DNA from: a plasmid
Sequence record: NZ_AP019725.1
Length of the DNA: 64,000 nt
Reading direction: 5' to 3' (one strand)
Made by a program: the position numbers and the translations under genes. Of this stretch, positions 60,229 to 64,000 are shown piece by piece. Each line of letters opens with the position of its first letter. The first letter of the stretch is position 1. Under the pieces are notes generated by a model, which saw only the letters and a program-made list of their open reading frames with translations, was not told the origin of the DNA and did not search any database.

Positions 60229-62647
60229 TTTTTTTTATCCTATACATGACATCATTCCGGATAGGGAAGGCCATGGGATGGTTATCGGAAAGAACGGCAG
60301 TCTGACCTATGTGGTCAGACTGTCATCGCCTGAGGTGTATTCACTTTACAAGGATGAACTGGCAACACGCCATGCTGTATTTGTACAGGCATTCTCCCAT
60401 ATGCCTGACAATAGTTGGGTGCATAAGCAGGATATTTTCAGAAGTCTTCCCTTCCAGTCAACCGGTGTGGGGATGTCGTATTTGGCCAAATCTGATCAGG
60501 AGCACTTTTCAGGAAGGAAATATCTCAAGCACAGCTGTATGATAGCCTTCACTCTGGTAGGAATACAGTCGTTGTCCTCCGCATATGTGAAGAATATATT
60601 CTCTTTTAAGGAGAATCTTTCCGGTGAGGATTCAGAAAGGTTGGATGAGTTCTTGTCGGCCGTTGAGTTTGCCATAAATAATCTGTCTGCGCTCCGTAAT
60701 ACAAGGATTGACTTTCTTTCCTTGGATGAACTGCGGGAGTATCTTTTCCTTTCCGCTAATTTCTCGGAAAAGAACGGAATACGTGATATACATTTTGAAG
60801 AGCAGATTACTGCTGGAAATACCAAGGCGCGGGTGTATGCCATCACAGACGACGAGTTCTTGCCTGAACAGTATCCGGTGTATGGAAAGGACTACACTGT
60901 TTCCAAGGACAAGTCCGAACTTTATATGTCTCCTTCCGAGGCATTTGGCGGCATTCATCTCAATCATAACCATGTGTATAACCAGATCCTTTATTTTTAT
61001 TCGGACAAAAAGTTGAAGGACACGTTGCGCCGTAATCTGGATTCCCATATCGCCAACCGTGGCTGGGACAGAATCAACTCGCCGGCAAAGATTGCCAAAA
61101 TGACGGAACTGGTCAAGGAGATTAAGGACAATAACGAGATCCTCTGCTATGCCCATTACTCGGTTGTTCTGTGGGAAGAAGATACTCAACAGTTGGAACT
61201 GGCCGAGAAGGAGTTGCGGTCATCGCTCGACTTGTTTGATCTGAAATATTATATACCCTCATATGGCAACCTTGCGGATTTATATGCCGGTGGAATAGTT
61301 GGCTGTGTATCTTCGCTCAGGCTGGAATATATGTTCATGACTTCGCTCTCCCTTGCCGTAGCTTTCTTTGTCCACTATACAGGCTTTTCCGATGATCCGG
61401 ACGGTATTCTTTTCAACGACCGCCTGACTCAGATTCCGCTGCGCAAGGATATATGGGATGCCAACAACCGCCGTATCAAGGCGCGTAATGCCGTGGTTAT
61501 CGCACCAACCGGCTCCGGGAAATCCTTTCTGACGAATAATATCATCCACCAGCTCTTGGACAAGGACTTTACAGTGGTGGGTGTTGAATTCGGAAATAGC
61601 TTCAAGCAATTGTGTTACCTCTATCCGGAGATAGCCATACACATTGAGTATGATCAGAACCAGCCCCTTGGCATCAATCCTTTCGATCTCGGAGGTTCAC
61701 CCATGACCCCCGAAAAGGAGGAGACACTGGTCGCACTCTGCCTGCGTTTTTGGCAGAACAGCTCGACAGACCCCAATCTGACTGTAGCCTTGCGGAAGAT
61801 GCTTTCCCAATACTATTGTGATGTCAGCCAAGGACATTCTTTTCCGGGTTTCTACACTTATCTCACGCAGAATTATGAGAGTCTGTGTGAGAAGTGTGAC
61901 ATCAGGCCGGATTACTTTGACATTGATTCTTTCCGGCATGTTTGCAGTGAGTTCATGCCCGGCAAGAGCTACGCGAATCTGTGTGCCGCTGAAGGTGTCG
62001 CCAGCAGCCTGAGTGATAAGAGGTTCATCCATTTTGAACTGACCAAAGTCAAGGCAAACCCTTTTGTTGCTTCTGTCGTGATGAGCCTTCTGTTTGACGT
62101 CATCAATAATAAGATATTGTCAGATCCTTCAAAAAAAGGGTATATCATTTTTGATGAATATGCCGAGACAGCCCAGATGAAGTCTTCCAACTCACTGCAG
62201 GGTGACATACATCAGACTGTCGCTTTCTTCTACCAGAAAATCAGAAAAGAGAACGGAGCTGTCATGACCATTATCCAGTCACCTTTCCAGCTGCCGGAAA
62301 ATGAATATACGAAAGGTATTATAGCCAATACCCAACTGTTGTATGTGCTTGAAGGTACCGAGGTCGTATATGATGCGGTGATCAAGACCTTTATGATAAA
62401 GAACAATGCCCACATTAATCAGATGAAGTCCATACAGAACAATTATGACTGTACGCATCCCTATTCAGAGTGTTGGATCAGATTTGGCGAGAACTATGCA
62501 TTGACGGTCCGTCTGGAAGCTTCGGCACGCAAGTATCTTGCATTCCAGACTCAGGGAGAGAAACGTGCTGCTCTGGACCGGCTGTATAGTACAAACGGCC
62601 ATGATATGCAAACGGCCATTGAAACATATTTAACTTCTAAAAAATGA
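60218..62647 (+). CDS. traG: conjugative transposon ATPase TraG (VirB4-like)
   Basis: 809 aa with a Walker A motif (VVIAPTGSGKSFL) and Walker B (IIFDEYAE). Confidence 0.85.
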   Translation: MDNDFFYPIHDIIPDREGHGMVIGKNGSLTYVVRLSSPEVYSLYKDELATRHAVFVQAFSHMPDNSWVHKQDIFRSLPFQSTGVGMSYLAKSDQEHFSGRKYLKHSCMIAFTLVGIQSLSSAYVKNIFSFKENLSGEDSERLDEFLSAVEFAINNLSALRNTRIDFLSLDELREYLFLSANFSEKNGIRDIHFEEQITAGNTKARVYAITDDEFLPEQYPVYGKDYTVSKDKSELYMSPSEAFGGIHLNHNHVYNQILYFYSDKKLKDTLRRNLDSHIANRGWDRINSPAKIAKMTELVKEIKDNNEILCYAHYSVVLWEEDTQQLELAEKELRSSLDLFDLKYYIPSYGNLADLYAGGIVGCVSSLRLEYMFMTSLSLAVAFFVHYTGFSDDPDGILFNDRLTQIPLRKDIWDANNRRIKARNAVVIAPTGSGKSFLTNNIIHQLLDKDFTVVGVEFGNSFKQLCYLYPEIAIHIEYDQNQPLGINPFDLGGSPMTPEKEETLVALCLRFWQNSSTDPNLTVALRKMLSQYYCDVSQGHSFPGFYTYLTQNYESLCEKCDIRPDYFDIDSFRHVCSEFMPGKSYANLCAAEGVASSLSDKRFIHFELTKVKANPFVASVVMSLLFDVINNKILSDPSKKGYIIFDEYAETAQMKSSNSLQGDIHQTVAFFYQKIRKENGAVMTIIQSPFQLPENEYTKGIIANTQLLYVLEGTEVVYDAVIKTFMIKNNAHINQMKSIQNNYDCTHPYSECWIRFGENYALTVRLEASARKYLAFQTQGEKRAALDRLYSTNGHDMQTAIETYLTSKK

Positions 62648-62651
62648 CAAC

Positions 62652-63206
62652 ATGAGACATCTTTTATTATCCCTATTCGTGATGTGCTGTTCGATACGGT
62701 TGGCACATGCACAGATCCCGGTGACTGACGCCGCGATGAATGCCAATACCATAGCCAACCAAATTACTAATGCGGCAACCTGGGGCAACCAGTTGCTGAA
62801 GCTGAAAGAGCAGGCTTCTATCCTTACCACTACCCTTAAGTTTGTCACAGACGTCTCTTCGGCAATCAGGGATGCAGCTTATGCCAAATCATTGATTGAG
62901 CGGCAATCCTATATAGTGGACCGGTGTACTGACGTTATTGTCCGTGCCGATAAGGTCGATTTGTCCCTTGCTTCTTCCATTGAGCGCAATGTCACTGACT
63001 TCCTTGCGACCAATAATTCTCTGATATCCTTGATCTCGAATACGATGACCAGTAAGTTCAAGATGAATGACAGTGAGCGTCTGAAGAGTCTGATGGATAT
63101 AAAGAAGGAACAGGATGAACTGCTCCAGAGGCTGCATACAGTGGATATGATTCTGGGCACATCGATGGCCACCCGTGATATCATTGAGTTACAACTTCTA
63201 AAATGA
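62652..63206 (+). CDS. conjugative transposon protein TraH/TraI-like (secreted)
   Basis: 184 aa with a signal peptide (LFVMCCSIRLAHAQ), in the position following traG. Confidence 0.45.
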   Translation: MRHLLLSLFVMCCSIRLAHAQIPVTDAAMNANTIANQITNAATWGNQLLKLKEQASILTTTLKFVTDVSSAIRDAAYAKSLIERQSYIVDRCTDVIVRADKVDLSLASSIERNVTDFLATNNSLISLISNTMTSKFKMNDSERLKSLMDIKKEQDELLQRLHTVDMILGTSMATRDIIELQLLK

Positions 63207-64000
63207 TGATTATGGGAAATATAGAATCCATTCAAGTGGCTTATGACCGGACGAAATCATATATTGTATATGACTCCTTCCAGTATATAATGATAGCCAT
63301 TGTTGTCTTTCTGATCGGTATGAAACTATGGGATGAGTGGCAAAAGAATCTTTCAAGCAACAACCATCGTTTTGATGTGGCCGCATACTGGGGGCAGGTG
63401 AAGATATGTCTGGTTGTCTGTTTCATTGCCACTTCTGCCGGTATGGTTTTTCATCTGGTTGAGACGGTCTGCGTTGAACTGCAAGACAACCTCATCAACG
63501 ACTTGGGTGGTGATACGGGCAACAAATCCATAGAGACTATGACGAATATGGTGAAGAACCAGGTCCTTGCAGTACAGGAAAAAGAGTCTAAAGGGTTGAC
63601 GCTTGATATTCCCAATATCACGGATATTGTCTGGAAGGCCCTTACCGCAATAGTGATGTCTGTCGGTGTTTTCCTTTTCAAATACACCTATACATTTTTT
63701 ATTCTAGGGCGGTATATGTGGCTTTTACTGTTGGAACTGATTGCACCGGTGGCCATTGTGCTGATGATACACGAAAATACCCGGAGCTATTTCTATACGT
63801 GGCTGAAGAACATGATCATCTGCTATCTGATGATTCCGATGTTTCTTTTGGCGGACAAGTTCTCGAATGAGGTGGCCGGCTTTTTTATGGAAGGCAAGGA
63901 AAACCTGGGACAAGTTACTGTATTGGTGATTGTATGTGTCGGTGTCTGGGTGAAAATCAAGATGTTCAGTGTCGTGAAAGCTAAGGCTTCCAATTTATTT
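63203..64000 (+). CDS. traJ: conjugative transposon protein TraJ-like polytopic membrane protein (3' partial; runs off the window end)
   Basis: Open frame from the ATG at 63203, overlapping the stop of the previous gene, with multiple hydrophobic segments. It is absent from the ORF track only because no stop occurs before the window end. Confidence 0.55.
   Translation, partial: MMIMGNIESIQVAYDRTKSYIVYDSFQYIMIAIVVFLIGMKLWDEWQKNLSSNNHRFDVAAYWGQVKICLVVCFIATSAGMVFHLVETVCVELQDNLINDLGGDTGNKSIETMTNMVKNQVLAVQEKESKGLTLDIPNITDIVWKALTAIVMSVGVFLFKYTYTFFILGRYMWLLLLELIAPVAIVLMIHENTRSYFYTWLKNMIICYLMIPMFLLADKFSNEVAGFFMEGKENLGQVTVLVIVCVGVWVKIKMFSVVKAKASNLF

Overview
This is an AT-rich Bacteroidales-type accessory region assembled from nested mobile elements, with essentially no housekeeping genes. 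Going left to right, the window holds: (1) an SOS-mutagenesis umuD-umuC pair in which umuC carries an in-frame TAA stop; (2) a two-gene AT-rich operon of unknown function next to an eight-unit ~22-bp iteron array and a long AT-rich stretch; (3) a MobA/MobB-relaxase/MobC-coupling-protein mobilization module with a candidate oriT upstream; (4) a C10 (streptopain-like) cysteine protease with a downstream lipoprotein; (5) paired DUF234-type ATPase paralogs, a small serine recombinase and a DUF2971 protein; (6) a four-gene minus-strand operon made of a Toprim primase, a small-domain fusion protein, a DUF4116-repeat protein and an ArdC-like antirestriction protein, the last three sharing a ~75-aa C-terminal module; (7) an IS66-family element with an 8-bp target-site duplication; (8) a 5.6-kb island flanked by ~540-bp direct repeats (ORF6N gene copies) that carries Fic, XRE-HTH, RhuM, Fic/Doc and an Mfa-like adhesin; (9) a DUF3990/DUF3791 pair, and a ParA-like ATPase with partner next to a repeat-rich AT island; (10) two tandem tyrosine integrases followed by an NBU-like mobilizable transposon (IntN-like, P-loop NTPase, CHC2/Toprim primase, MobV relaxase with an oriT hairpin) carrying a CblA/CepA-family class A beta-lactamase, then an IS256-family element; (11) a single plus-strand operon that begins as an Mfa-type fimbrial cluster (DUF3575, ssb and small membrane peptides, DUF3868/OmpA-like, Mfa2-like, fimbrillins, a 1008-aa BACON-repeat adhesin) and runs with gaps of only a few nucleotides into conjugative transposon traE-traF-traG-traH/I-traJ. 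The fimbrial-to-tra junction and the trio of proteins sharing a C-terminal module are the most unusual features.
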